Shown in pieces: positions 28,601 through 40,906 of a DNA stretch of 64,000 bases (positions within the stretch are counted from its first letter, which is position 1; every line of letters starts with the position of its first letter). Source of the DNA: Eledone cirrhosa (lineage: Eukaryota). The stretch lies in contig OZ024747.1 in NCBI GenBank assembly GCA_964016885.1, forward strand, positions 71,424,001 to 71,488,000. The letters are read 5' to 3'. Made by a program: the position numbers and the translations under genes. The notes below the pieces were generated by a model. That model did no database searches, had not been told where the DNA came from, and saw only the letters and a program-made list of their open reading frames with translations.

Positions 28601-29062
28601 TCCTGCATAGTCCCAACGTGCATCTATGATGTCATTCCAATCCCCCGCTAGAAGCAGGGAACGCGACGTTCCCAGAAAAGTCTCCAAACGCTGGAAGAAG
28701 TCGGGCCGTTCAGCTCCGAAAGGGGAGTAGACGGCGACCAGTCTCAAGGCCGCACTTTCACTACTGCCAACGTCTAGCACCAACAAACGACCCTCCGGGT
28801 CCGAGTGCACAACCTGTACGGCAAGACCCAGGTGTTTTTGCAGCAGCACGACAACCCCACCCCCACCTCCAGGTTGACAGAGAGATGCATGCACCTCAAA
28901 GTCATCGAAGGTGGGGGCCAGCTGCCGCATGACGCTGATTCGAGTCTCACAGATAACCATTACATTTATACTACATGACCTGAGGTCATTTAGAAGCTTT
29001 GCTTGCTTCCAAGTTGAGCCCAGGCCACGTGCATTCAAACATCCTACTCTTAACACATCCAT
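25625..29062 (-). CDS. ORF2p: AP-like endonuclease, reverse transcriptase, C-terminal CCHC finger (1145 aa, intact)
   Basis: GCLNARGL, ICET, AGDWN, SRSYLDRF, YTDH; WKLN, KSPGLDG, NFRPITLLN, LDQSKAFDRVDH, IRQGCPLS, AYADD, KGGLG; CPRC-EETVAHALVQC. Confidence 0.97.
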   Translation of the reverse strand: MDVLRVGCLNARGLGSTWKQAKLLNDLRSCSINVMVICETRISVMRQLAPTFDDFEVHASLCQPGGGGGVVVLLQKHLGLAVQVVHSDPEGRLLVLDVGSSESAALRLVAVYSPFGAERPDFFQRLETFLGTSRSLLLAGDWNDIIDARWDYAGSCPNRGGCNSLKGLLDRFNLVDRYRLDFPTVPTWTWRNHSGQSRSYLDRFLVRSKDRDILSCPEMRTVGYTDHKLVTCVVNLEKTHRQGPGYWKLNLSLPAKETYRNRISRLVKERLTGAIVNNRWWASLKREIRTESISYSKMLAANRNRNEKELTGKLEEAIKSEDVARVLASRTALNQFFDAKHEGCVIRSKIRALGNEGAKAVGWARVTEAKSGNRSTIRSLQDEDGRVIREPKQMCEAFQKHFARLFGGGEGPGRGVDFGPYLDGLPRLSNKEAESCEGPISADEIGDALSQCSRRKSPGLDGIPYELYLAMPVFFSELLEAVYCNWQQNGRIPCSVAKGVVTLVRKDENKGDSINNFRPITLLNTELKILAKVLAKRLALVVGGLVGDAQTCAIPSRSIHDNLHLMRYIIERVGNKPGFGGALINLDQSKAFDRVDHGYLDAVLAAAGFGPVFRGWITALHSNHICSRIKVNGYLSKPFEITRSIRQGCPLSSLLYVLTLEPLLRKLELLQGIPLEPGLSKAVSAYADDVTVMVSTDSEIEAIGTLLEEYERLSGAKLNREKSIGLQLGTWRGKPMPPDGVVGHWTEGPVKLLGVWFGPDLQVEKNWNEVTNKVFALTQKWAKCKLSLKGRAEVANIYIASVTYYRLTVVPCPKETLTTMERMLFQFLWKKRPPMVRRSICCQQPSKGGLGMPWLMMRRHALRLRHLQVFLTGQPVWAPFVKRAFPRLVSLTELQSWVKQRSGKLGDWHTECAQALRALWQAGRAIGGESTSSFYRGLVASRGDDTLGESLDMEEDELASLFGRTFGPGPMDNFQKSLAWQCYRGALPVRERLYRHGRPGRDPSKKICPRCVRHEETVAHALVQCPGVADLWGYAEQLLSRVAPIKLTAESVMTIKPPPLFTKEAKAVFLCVIAMLKEVVWWTRLKGLRSGNFLSGHSLVYFFRYHFGRRIRMEREVLGHRQFYERWVIVARMARVNGPSLYTIL

Positions 29063-29095
29063 GTGGGCGGCAGAGCCAAAGGAGAGTGTAGAGAC

Positions 29096-30973
29096 CTACC
29101 TTTCCGCTTCCCGGGGTTCGGGTTGCACGACTTCCATGGGGTCGGGGGTGTTGGGTGAAGGGGTGTCTTGTGGTGGTGTGGGGTCGTCAGTGTGTGGTGG
29201 GGTTGGGGTGTTTGGAGTTGTGTTGGGGAGGGGAAGGGGAGGGGGAAAGCTTTTTAGTAGGACGCGGTTTATGGGTTTGACAGAGGGTGGTCCTACGTCC
29301 TCCTTAAAATCCTTTTTTAGTTTTTGGTAGAGGTTCATTGGGATTTTTATTAGTTTTAAATGTGGGTGGTTTTCTGACGAAACAAAGTTTACACCTTCGG
29401 TTTGTACCGAAGGATTATTGTATATGAGTTCATTTAATTTATTATTGTTTCTGTTGATGTAAGTATAGTGTAATGTCTTTTTTTCCGATGGTGTGAGTGT
29501 TTCGAAGAGGGGAGGGGCAGGTTTGGTTTTGTTTGTTGCTGGAGGGGTGTTTTCTGTTTTGTTAGATTGTGTTGCGATTTGGGTGGGGGTTGTTTGTCCT
29601 TGTGTGTTTTGCACATGTTTTCTTTTTTTCCTTTTAATCTGTCTGAAGGACTCCGTTTCTTCCTCCGAATTCGTTGGGTTATCTTCAGTGTTGGAGGGAA
29701 GAGGTATGTTTGCTGGTAATGTTTCCGCGTTGGTTTTCTTTGTGGGGGAGATGGATGTCACTATGTTAGACTGTGTTGTGTGTTGTGTCTGCGGTGGTTG
29801 TGTTGTTTTATTGAGTGAGAGGTTGGGTGGGCCTGTATTTTGTTTTGGGGTAATGTGTTGTGACTGTTTGTGTTGTGGTGGTGTTGTGGTGTTACTGAGG
29901 GACGGGTTGGGTGGGACTGAGTTTTGTTGTTTGTTTATCTGTTGTGGTGGTGGTGGTGGAGCTGGTGTTGGTAGCAGAGTTTTCTTTTTGTTGAGTTGTG
30001 GACAAGCGGCCTTCAGGTGCCCTCTGCCTGCACAGATATGGCAGGATGGCCTTCTCCCCTCCACGCTAATGTTTATATACCCGTGGTCCTCTAATAGGAT
30101 TCTGTCGGGTATTTGGGCGATGCGTTCAGGCTTCATTTGTACTACCAGCTCTATACCTGTTCCACTGAACGCATTGCCTGTGGTTTTCCCAATGGAAATC
30201 ACGTTGTCATTCACTGGATCGATGAAGCCAGCTATGAGCCAGCAGTAGTCCACATCTGGCATCATTGCATCCAGCCATATGCGTTGAGTTTTTTTTCCCA
30301 TATAAGATGGATAAAAGGTGAAATTTTTCGAACGAATCGGTGACAAAGCACATTTTTTTGCCGCCGATTCGTTCTTCATGATAATTGCTAGGCTTCCATA
30401 CAGTCTGTCTTTTCTTATGAAAGTTGTTTCATTCAGTACTTCTGCGAGTACTGTTTTGATATCTGCTTGAGAAGGTTGTTCAGGTTTTTTTGTACTGTTG
30501 TTGATGGTCCGAAACTTGACCGTTCGGCTTTCAATGTCTTTCGTGAATTCTTGAGGCATTTTTACCAATAAAATACCATTCTCACCTTCACTTATGTATT
30601 GTTTTGCGTCCGTGATCCTTCGTACCACATCTGAAATGTTTTCCGCTATATAAGTCAAAGATTTCTTTGTTTTCTGTGCAAATGAAATCTTGTCGTCTGC
30701 TTTGTTTTCTGATGTTATGTTATTTTCAACTGTTATTTTTTTGTTTGTTGTGTCTTTGTTTGTGTTATTAGTATTGTCATGCAATTTTTCAAAATTTTTT
30801 TCTTCGTTGTTTTCGACATTTAATTTTTTCTCCGCAGATTCGTCCGTTTTTATTTTCATTTTTCCTTCCTTCTCTATGACGTTAGTTGGGAAGGAAGGGA
30901 GGACTAAAGCGTGCGAGCTTACAACTCTTACCGCTGTCCCCCCACCACTATTTTCGTTCGCTGCGTTTAACAT
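29096..30973 (-). CDS. ORF1p: gag-like nucleic-acid-binding protein (625 aa, intact)
   Basis: zinc knuckle CHICAGRGHLKAAC (CX2CX4HX4C), Pro/Thr/Gln-rich region, basic KRKKRK; lies upstream of ORF2. Confidence 0.92.
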   Translation of the reverse strand: MLNAANENSGGGTAVRVVSSHALVLPSFPTNVIEKEGKMKIKTDESAEKKLNVENNEEKNFEKLHDNTNNTNKDTTNKKITVENNITSENKADDKISFAQKTKKSLTYIAENISDVVRRITDAKQYISEGENGILLVKMPQEFTKDIESRTVKFRTINNSTKKPEQPSQADIKTVLAEVLNETTFIRKDRLYGSLAIIMKNESAAKKCALSPIRSKNFTFYPSYMGKKTQRIWLDAMMPDVDYCWLIAGFIDPVNDNVISIGKTTGNAFSGTGIELVVQMKPERIAQIPDRILLEDHGYINISVEGRRPSCHICAGRGHLKAACPQLNKKKTLLPTPAPPPPPQQINKQQNSVPPNPSLSNTTTPPQHKQSQHITPKQNTGPPNLSLNKTTQPPQTQHTTQSNIVTSISPTKKTNAETLPANIPLPSNTEDNPTNSEEETESFRQIKRKKRKHVQNTQGQTTPTQIATQSNKTENTPPATNKTKPAPPLFETLTPSEKKTLHYTYINRNNNKLNELIYNNPSVQTEGVNFVSSENHPHLKLIKIPMNLYQKLKKDFKEDVGPPSVKPINRVLLKSFPPPLPLPNTTPNTPTPPHTDDPTPPQDTPSPNTPDPMEVVQPEPREAER

Positions 30974-31206
30974 TTCTGTTAGACGATTGAAATTTTTTAC
31001 ACAAAATTTTTTTTTAAAACAGGTTTTTCACCTCTAGGAGGGGTAAAGATGAGCTGACCCACCGCCTGACAGTTCAGACGGAGGGTCAAGCTACACAATT
31101 GTATCAAAATTAAGTTTGAACTCACAAAATTTCCTCAATAAATTTGAACAAAACTTCTGTGCGAAGTGAATGACATCCACACTGTAGAACAGACGACAGC
31201 TAGATT

Positions 31207-31237
<31 letters not shown>

Positions 31238-31412
31238 GAATACGCACATGTATGATTTTATCGGCACAATCTTTTTCTCCTTTTTCCCCGTTCCTTCTTC
31301 TTATCACCCTTCACTTTCTATTTATCTTCTATTTCTAGCTGTATCTTCTGATGAATGTCTACCCTCCGAAACGTTAAGACTCTCTTCCTATTTCAATTGT
31401 TAAACTAATATA
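31238..31412 (+). mobile_element. small repeat with hammerhead core (family P2)
   Basis: TCTT-CTGATGA(31348)-...-GAAA-CG-TT-AAGA; diverged second copy at 51698-51875. Confidence 0.65.
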
Positions 31413-31824
31413 TTTCTTACATGTACATTCATACATATAAACACAATATAGTATTATATCTCTAACCATACTTTAAATCTATTATAGAGTTATACTCTCT
31501 GTAGAGAACTTGTGGTTCTAAGAATGGAGGGATACTGGTTCGATATTTAATTAGGGATTAGATCTCATCAATTATGGTGCAATTAGACCACATTTTATTA
31601 ATGGGAAAAGCACACACAAATAGCACACATATAGACGCATACCACACATACAGTTCTTGTCTCAGTCATGTTGCTACAATAAGCAGTTCGCTTCCCAATC
31701 TCAAGATCCTGGAATCTGCTCCTGCATTTGTCTTCGTAAATATATTTTTTCAAAATTTATTCATATATTGAATTATGTTGATGTCATTATTGATTATTGT
31801 AATATTATTATTATATTAGTAGAC

Positions 31825-32275
31825 GTTTGACTTTGTCCTTTCAGGTCCTTACAGGGTCGATAAAAGTACCAGTATGCACTGGGTAATTGCTGGCCTTGTG
31901 CCTAAAGTAGAAACAATTATTATTTAGGGTAATGGATTGGCAGTATCGGTAGAGGGTCGGACGCCATGCTTTGCAGCACAGTTACGTCCCTTTACGGACT
32001 GAGTTCAAATTCCGCCGAGGTTAACTTTGCCTTTCATCCTTACGGGGTCGATAAAATAAAGTGGGGTCGATTTAATCGACTTTCCCCTCCCCCAAAATTG
32101 CTGGTCTTGTGCCTATATAAGAAACAATTATTTAGGGACGCCATGCGTTGACGCATAGAGTTACGGCCCATGCCATTCTGAGTTCAAATCCCGCCGAGGG
32201 GGTCGATAAAATAAAGTACCAGTAATACACTGGGATAATTGCTGGCCTTGTACCAAACGTAGAAACAATTATTAT
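31825..32275 (+). mobile_element. cluster of three SINE family A copies
   Basis: repeated tggattggcagtatcggtagag / gagttcaaat / ggggtcgataaaataaagtaccag / gctggccttgtg blocks. Confidence 0.8.
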
Positions 32276-32284
32276 TATTATTAT

Positions 32285-32496
32285 TCCTCTTGCTCTTGTT
32301 CAACTAGGCCGAGTTCATCCTAAGCCAGCGATCCCAAAGCATCGTCGTGCGTAGAGCCGACCAAGTCCACCAGCGATCTCTATCGCTGCTGAACCTCTGC
32401 CACCTCCTCTGCATCCTCCAAGGTGATATCGAGTCTCAGGAGATCTTCCCTGGTGATATCCAGCCATCTGGTGCGGGGCCTGCCATGGGGCCTCTT
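32285..32496 (-). mobile_element. RTE-type LINE 3' fragment with (AAT)n tail
   Basis: - strand reads KRPHGRPRTRWLDITREDLLRLDITLEDAEEVA, an RTE ORF C-terminal motif. Confidence 0.7.
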
Positions 32497-32663
32497 ATAT
32501 ACTAGAAATAAATTAAGATATTATTCTTATTTTTAATCTTTTCCAACCTAAATTAAAGAGTTGCTCTTTCCTTGTTTCTATCATTGTTCATTTATTCGTT
32601 AATCCTGGTGGATTCCATAAATTAAATACGTTCAACTTTCAGTCTTTGTTAACTTTCTGGAGA

Positions 32664-32786
<123 letters not shown>

Positions 32787-32981
32787 AAATAACAGATTAA
32801 AGTTTAAGCAGGTGAAAGCAGCGATTCTTTGCTTAAACTTTAATCTGTTATTTTAATAAATATTTACTCTACAGTTTTTACTTTACAGTTTACTTTACAG
32901 TTTTTATATATATTTATATATATATTGCCCTCTTTGGATTTTAGTCTTCATATTTATTATTATTACTATATATATATATAT

Positions 32982-33417
32982 ACTAGACCTCAAAAATGCG
33001 CAAGCTCAAAAGAGCCACAGAATGTTATAATAAACTTTCAAAAGTGTGGGACTAGAGTTGTTGCTCAAAAATATTGTAATCATTATCTATCGTACACTCT
33101 GTGGCATCCTTTTATAAAAAAGAGACTCATAACGAACTCAAGACAACACGATAATTATTTAAGCTAATGTTCAATATCTCATATTAGATGTTTAGTAATG
33201 ATTAATACGAAATGCACTTAAACTGAATTCTATATTATAAATAATTATCGTGTCGTCTTGAATTCGTTATGAGTCTCTTTTTTATAAAAGGATGCCACAG
33301 AGTGTACGATAGATAATGATTACAATATTTTTGAGCAACAACTCTAGTCCCACACTTTTGAAGGTTTATTATAACATTCTGTGGCTCTTTTGAGCTTGCG
33401 CATTTTTCAGGTCTAGT
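32982..33417. repeat. long inverted repeat, ~180 bp arms with a ~76 bp spacer, next to (TA)n
   Basis: 32982-33161 is the reverse complement of 33238-33417 with about four mismatches. Confidence 0.9.
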
Positions 33418-33981
33418 TTAATATTTTTTTAAGGCAACGCTTGTAATAACTCTAGTTAAACATGATATATATTAATAATAAATTATCGTTGAAATGTAGT
33501 TAGATTATATAATTGTTATTTTATAAATGACCTTATAAATATTATTGTAAGATGTATATAAATATTTTCAGACTTTTAATAGTTAATATAAATTTTAAAA
33601 ATCATATATAAATTAACAATATAACTTACCAAAACGAGAAAAATATTTTGATGATAAAACGACGAAATACTGGAGGAAGATTCGAAAGCGAATCGATAAA
33701 TAAACGTGGAAGCAAATTGGCGGATGGTTTTGAGCAACAATTACTCTCGTTGGTTGATTAGCCAATAAGACGATACATTACAAAAGATGTTTGGGAGGCA
33801 TCACTATGGCCAGTGATACCCCTTGAAAATTTTATTCACAAGCTACGCATGTATGTCACATCATCACATCATCAATCACAAGACACACAGACTTAAAACG
33901 TTCTGTTGTTAGTCACTGCGTGTCTAACAGATATATCAATAATATTAATAAATGGAAACTATCTTTATAAAACCATATTTA

Positions 33982-34040
33982 TTTTATTATATATATTTCA
34001 AGGGTACCAGAATTGTTGGTACGCCCTCATCAGATACAAA
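33982..34040 (-). ncRNA. type I hammerhead ribozyme motif (family P3)
   Basis: - strand CTGATGA-GGGCGTACCA-ACAATTC-TGGTACCCTT-GAAA-TATATA-TA-ATAAAA; flank homologous to 40266-40360. Confidence 0.8.
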
Positions 34041-34069
34041 AGTTGTTTTACAGATAGTGACATATTCAA

Positions 34070-34142
<73 letters not shown>

Positions 34143-34464
34143 TCCGCATTGTCGTCGTCATCATCGCGCGTATACACTTATCCGCATTCACACACATGCA
34201 TGCATATAAATGCATATATATAATATTGACGACAATGATAATGACAATAATGATGATAATGTTGATGATGATAAGGAGGGGGAGGCGGAGGTGGGGGAGG
34301 AGGAGTATATGTGCTTTTGCAAATAATTGTATAGAGAAAGTGCTTAATTTTCTTTTCATATTTACCTCAGCATAGAATAACAGATATATATACACAAAAT
34401 AATTTTCCCTTAATACAAACAAACAATCCACCCATACACATACACACACACACACACACGCATT

Positions 34465-34933
<469 letters not shown>

Positions 34934-36559
34934 AACTAGAAATATAGATAAATGTAAATGCACATTCATCGATATACTGAACAAAGTGAACATCTCATTG
35001 GTTGTATTTGTTAAAGTGAATTAAGTTGAAGATGAATCTTGTAAATGTGTGTAAAATGGAATGTGAGAACAAAGTAAGAAATCCTTCTTTCAACCAGCTA
35101 AAATTGCCCACAAAATACATCAATGGGAAGAAGTATTACCAAAATTCATTAAGTAAACCCAATATAGCATGTAATCATATTTATTGAGCCGCTAACCACA
35201 TAACCACAAATACATTCAGTAAATATAAGACGCAACTCTTTTCTGCTGGAATATATGTGCCACGCTGAAGAATTCTCAAGCATAAAGTACTTCTTTTACG
35301 AGGATCAAAGCTATATGAATCTCACACTGAAATTCAGTCATGCTAACTTACAAAGGACAAAACATAACTAGACTTGCTTCTCCAAATAAAAACTGAATTC
35401 TATTAAACTGTCTGCTTATATTAACAGACTAGATTGGAGACCGTTCATAATATTTTGGCGTTATCGACTGGAACAAGTCGTGTGTTATTTATCTACATTA
35501 TCATGTGTTATTTATTTACATTTGTCACCAGAACGAAGCCTAGTATTGAAGACGCTGTTAGTTCAGTGGAAAAAATGTAATTTCAAGACACAAACTCTTT
35601 GTTGATAAACTTTCTCCATTCTCAATTTTGGCAATAATCAGTTTTTATAAGCTATAATTTCTAGATGTAGAAAAATGGAAGTAGAAAATGTTGCTGTCTC
35701 TTTTCATGTTTATAAATAATAAAGGTTTTGTTCGTGGTAGATCTCTAGGGAACTCACAAAAGTTAGTTCTGTTGTTGCAGATCGATCGTGTTTGTAACTT
35801 TTAAGCCTCATGTTTCACATGACTAACTTTGTTTTTATACCATGTATACATACACTAAGTGTACAAAATTTCACAACTGGATACAAAAGGTCCATCACTA
35901 AGCATGAGTCGACGAGAGATAATCCTTGTGTTCTGTAATGTATATCTTAATCATATCAGCATTTATTATGATGGCGTTTTGACAAGACTCTTGATTAATA
36001 TGTAGACAAGGGAGATAAGATATCTGTAAAGAACTTTCAGCCTACACCAGATTGACTGACTCGAAAAGATACTACATTCATTTCTTGACTAACTAGCAGC
36101 TGTTGAATATCAACTATGATTGTACAGTTATGTAACAAGTCAAAAATCTCTCTCGTGTTGAATATCTCTGAAAACTACGTTAAGAGAAGATGTATCTGTG
36201 GAATGCTTATCCATTTGCACGTTAATTTCGCAAGCCGGTTAATCCGTTAATCGAACAACCGAGACATTCATGTCGATATCGATGGAATTCCATTCCATTT
36301 TAGATAGATAGTGAACAAAGGGACGTAGTCATATAAAAATAAAATGTCTACCACTAATACAAAGTCTTCAGACAAAGTTATTATTTCTAACAGAGAAACA
36401 CAACACATCAACATGGAGTTGATGCCTTCATTAGAGGAGTGATGTAAAAGGATCGGAAGTCGTGCGGAGCAGCTTACATTCTTCATGAATCACTGATACG
36501 GTAGTGAAAAAGCTCGAGAATGTCAAATACTTTGTAACACTGAGTTATCTATGGAGCTG

Positions 36560-36702
36560 GAAGAAGAAGAAGAAGAAGAAGAAGAAGAAGAAGAAGAAGA
36601 AGAAGAAGAAGAAGAAGAAGAAGAAGAAGAAGAAGAAGAAGAAGAAGAAGAAGAAGAAGAAGAAGAAGAAGAAGAAGAAGAAGAAGAAGAAGAAGAAGAA
36701 GA
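36560..36702. repeat. (GAA)n microsatellite
   Basis: direct reading. Confidence 0.97.
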
Positions 36703-36906
36703 CTCAATTTAGCATCTTGTACATAATTTATTCAACTGATGATTTAATAATTCCAAAGTCAGGCTCCATCATGACCGATCGTACCTTGAGCTGATCTATG
36801 GCTAAACACGCGTCACAGGTGACTAAAGTGTGTATAAGATCCTAAATTCATACTTCGTACGCACTTACTTATTATCATATATATATATGTGGGTGTGTGT
36901 GTGTAT

Positions 36907-37013
<107 letters not shown>

Positions 37014-37029
37014 TAGATAGATAGAGAAA

Positions 37030-37106
<77 letters not shown>

Positions 37107-37304
37107 GGGAGATTGATTTATATATACTTATACTTTTGTTTTTATAAGTACATAATTGCGTGTATTGATTTCTTACATTATATACGTATATGCATCTATA
37201 AACTTACATAAAAAAATAACGCCCAGAAACTCAGAAAGTGTACACATATTCTTGTATACACAGAAGTATGTATGCGTGCAAAAACTCATATGCGTACATG
37301 TATG

Positions 37305-37429
37305 CATACATACATACACACACACATACATACATACATACATACATACATACATACATACATACACATACACACACACATACATACATACATACATACA
37401 TACATACATACATACATACATACATACAT

Positions 37430-37460
<31 letters not shown>

Positions 37461-37710
37461 TACTTACATACATACATACATACATGCATGCATACATACA
37501 TACATACATACATACATAAATACATACATACATACATACATACATACATACATACATGCATGCATGCATGCATGCATGCATACATACATACATACATACA
37601 TACATACATACATACATACATACATACATACATACATACATACATACATACATACGTACGTACATACATACATGCATGCATACATACATGCATGCATGCA
37701 TACATACATA
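37305..37710. repeat. (CATA)n microsatellite with CATG variants
   Basis: direct reading. Confidence 0.95.
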
Positions 37711-39484
37711 GGCATCACTGGCAAACACAAGTACATCTATTTTTGCACACTCAAATATATATTGAAAGCATAACCACATAAATACATACACATACGTTCG
37801 CAGAGACAGATTGAACATTTAGAAACAAACTTCGTATTTGGAAATACACGTTAGAGAATAATTCAACGGTATGTTCTTCAAATATAAAATATCTCTTTCT
37901 ACCACCACCAAACAAAAAGAAATAAAAGTAACAGATAAAAAAGAAAAAGGATTTGTTGGATTATTTCTTAAAACTGATTCCTTTCTTTCCTTCCTTCCGT
38001 TTGCTCTCTTTAATAGTATTATACCGCAATGACGATATCTGAGCTTCAGTTGTTTGCAAGTATTTCTTTTTTTTTTCTGTTTTCTTCATACCTTTTCTTC
38101 TTTTCTTTTCTACTTTTAAAGTGGCTTTTTTCAATGACTGATGTTTTTACATCAATTGAGATATGACTACTGGTTAGAACATCTACAAGCATTGACAACC
38201 TCCAACATGCCTAAGGTTACATACTTTTAGCATTGATAACACCAACACAGAGAAGGCATTTACAACTTGGCTACCAATACAAAAAGCAGGATTTTTACAT
38301 CAAAGCTAAACTTGGTTCCAATTGTTTTCTTTATGCCAAAGCTTGTCTTTTTAATTTCCTTTTTATCAAGTGAAAACGGAGAATATTAGAACGTAGTTGA
38401 GCTCCATACAAAGAAATTTGTTAGTTGAAGGCATTTATCGTATTGCACTCTTACTTTTTCTTCTGTATTTTTTTATTCTTTTACTTTCCTTATTTTTCTT
38501 CTTTTCTTTTTTGTCTTCTTGACATTTTTTTAAGTATTCACTGTGAAAATAGAGATAAGATATCATTTGCTGGAAGGGTAAATTACAGTAGTTATGGTCA
38601 GAGCGTCAAAAGAACATTAAACGGTTGGAATTGGGTCTTTTGAATAAAAGGTTCATGCTTTCGGTTCTTTTACCGCAAATCAATGAGAAATCTTTCCAAC
38701 AATTCTTGTATGAAATATTTTCTTTTATTGATATTCCAAGAAGGAAAAAGAAAGTCTTTTCATATTCATTGTTTCTTAACACACTCTGTGATAGACTTTT
38801 ATAGAATTCCAAATGTAATGCCAAACTGTTTCCGATCCCAAGAAGTGAGATCTCATTCCTAGCTTTCTCTATATTAATGCATCAGTGTTTATCGATTAAT
38901 TGATTAATGTTATAGGGCTTTTATATTTTGTTAAGAAAGGGTTACAGATGGCCGAGACAGTCAAGTGTTGGACGAGATTCTGTACGACAAACAAAGCTCT
39001 GTAGTTCTCTGCTCTCAATTCAAAGTCAATAGCCGAGTTTATCTTTCGTTCTTTATAGTAATAAGAAAATATACACTGAATCTGATCCCTTGAAACCCTT
39101 TCCATTTTGCTCTGGTAGGGTATCACTCTGGCTGTATTTGTATATAAAAAAGCGCACATCATGTCGTGTCAATTTGGTAGTAAGCTGCCGTTCCAAGGAG
39201 CACTGTTTCGAATACATTACTCAGCACCGTGATGTGAGCTTGACTATAACATTAAATTCAATTCTCAGGGATTCGGTTTAAGAAAATTCAATTAGGTTAT
39301 AGTTTAATTACTGGGAACATTTTATAAGTAATTGCCGTTCAATGCGCATCAAATAAGAAACAAGGTACTGCTATAGAAAAGTGATACTATGCTACCCCTC
39401 TCAGTCACACCTAATAATAACTTACCCTTTATATGAATATCCTTGTGCATATATATACACACACAATCCTTCAGCATTCGGTAA

Positions 39485-39731
39485 TCAGAAGAAGGGGGTA
39501 GCTATCTTCAATTTTGTATTTATACCAACCCTTACATATGGTTATGAATCTTGGGTAGACTCCGAGCAAGATTGTTGGATAACAACCATGAACTCAGCTG
39601 ATCTTGCTTGGGGATCCAGCTGGATCAGTTGGAAACACTTGCTGCTGATAGGACCTACTGGAAGAAGTGTTTGAGGACTCTGCCCCCATGAGCCTCTCAA
39701 GAAGAAGAAGAAGAAGAAGAAGAAGAAGAAG
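39485..39731 (+). mobile_element. RTE-type LINE remnant with (GAA)n tail
   Basis: KKGVAIFNFVFIPTLTYGYESW (RTE LTYGxESW motif), a deleted remainder, then (GAA)n. Confidence 0.6.
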
Positions 39732-40210
39732 CTTATCATCAAATTGATTTCTCGATCCAGTTTTTACTATCTGCCAATGAATTTACATAATGAACTATAA
39801 GATATAATCTGTTTTAGTTATTAAAACTGCCATAAGCAAAAACTGCTCCAGTTGCAGTTGCAGATGTTGGCTGACCACAGATCAACCCTGGTTGAGAATA
39901 CAGTGTTTAAAGAGTTTTATCTGTAACCATCTCATTCGGTTTTCATGCATCGTGTTTCTAATACTACAGTATACTACAGTATCCAAGGTAGTTTTAGATG
40001 TTTATTAAGACAGTAGGGTATAATTTAAAACAGATTTCTAACATGTTTAGTAACGACATAGAAATTCCCTTGTTGTACCAGTAATATGCTGAGGTGCATT
40101 TTTTGCAATAAATGTGCGTTCTCTTGGGCTTAATCAAAGACCAATTGACAAAGTATATGTTTCTGGTTTTGTCGGCAAGATCTCAGCCGTCGGGCCCCGA
40201 CTCTCTCTAA

Positions 40211-40247
<37 letters not shown>

Positions 40248-40253
<6 letters not shown>

Positions 40254-40633
40254 GATATTAAACAAATGGAAACTATATTTATAAAACCATATTTATTTCA
40301 TTATACATATTTCGGGGATACCATATTAAAAATATGGCATGCCTTCTTCAGATAAAATACAATATATAAACAGTTTTATAAATAATTTTGACGTACCATA
40401 AATATTGAGCAGCCGTTATGTAGGAAGCCGGTTTGGTAGTACTACCAAACCGGCTTCCTACATAACGGCTGCTCAATATTTATGGTACGTCAAAATTATT
40501 TATAAAACTGTTTATATATTGTATTTTATCTGAAGAAGGCATGCCATATTTTTAATATGGTATCCCCGAAATATGTATAATGAAATAAATATGGTTTTAT
40601 AAATATAGTTTCCATTTGTTTAATATCGTATAT
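40248..40633. mobile_element. perfect loopless ~386 bp palindrome with a hammerhead in each arm (family P3)
   Basis: centre ...tttggtagt|actaccaaa... at 40440/40441; left arm ends in (TA)n, right side continues as unique sequence. Confidence 0.9.
40523..40586 (+). ncRNA. type I hammerhead ribozyme motif (mirror copy 40295-40358 on -)
   Basis: ATTTTAT-CTGAAGA-AGGCATGCCATATT-TTT-AATATGGTATCCCC-GAAA-TATGTA-TA-ATGAAAT. Confidence 0.8.
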
Positions 40634-40723
40634 CTACTCCAAAACTTGTCGAGTGCTTTATATCAGTTATAAAATATTTACTTGTTGTAACCCAACAATT
40701 TTAAATAAAACTTTTTTATTATC

Positions 40724-40906
40724 GGTGGATTGGCAGTATCGGTAGAGAGTCGAACACCATGCTTTGAAGCATAGAGTTACGTCCCTTTATGATCTGATTT
40801 CAAATCCCGCCGAGGTTAACTTTGCCTTTCATCCTTACGAGGTCGATAAAATAAAGTTCCAGTAATGCACTGTGTAATTGCTGGCCTTGTGCCAAAAAGT
40901 AGAAAC

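Larger units (their letters stand above)
25411..31200 (-). mobile_element. full-length (~5.8 kb) Tx1/L1-clade non-LTR retrotransposon, copy 5
   Basis: ~230 nt 5'UTR, ORF1, 33 nt spacer, ORF2, 3'UTR ending AATAAAGAA; (GATA)n at both ends (25361-25410 and 31201-31237). Confidence 0.97.

Noticed and set aside
29493-30248. 251 aa ORF antisense to Tx1 ORF1
   Set aside because: Expected shadow of the C/A-rich low-complexity ORF1 strand; no recognisable domain
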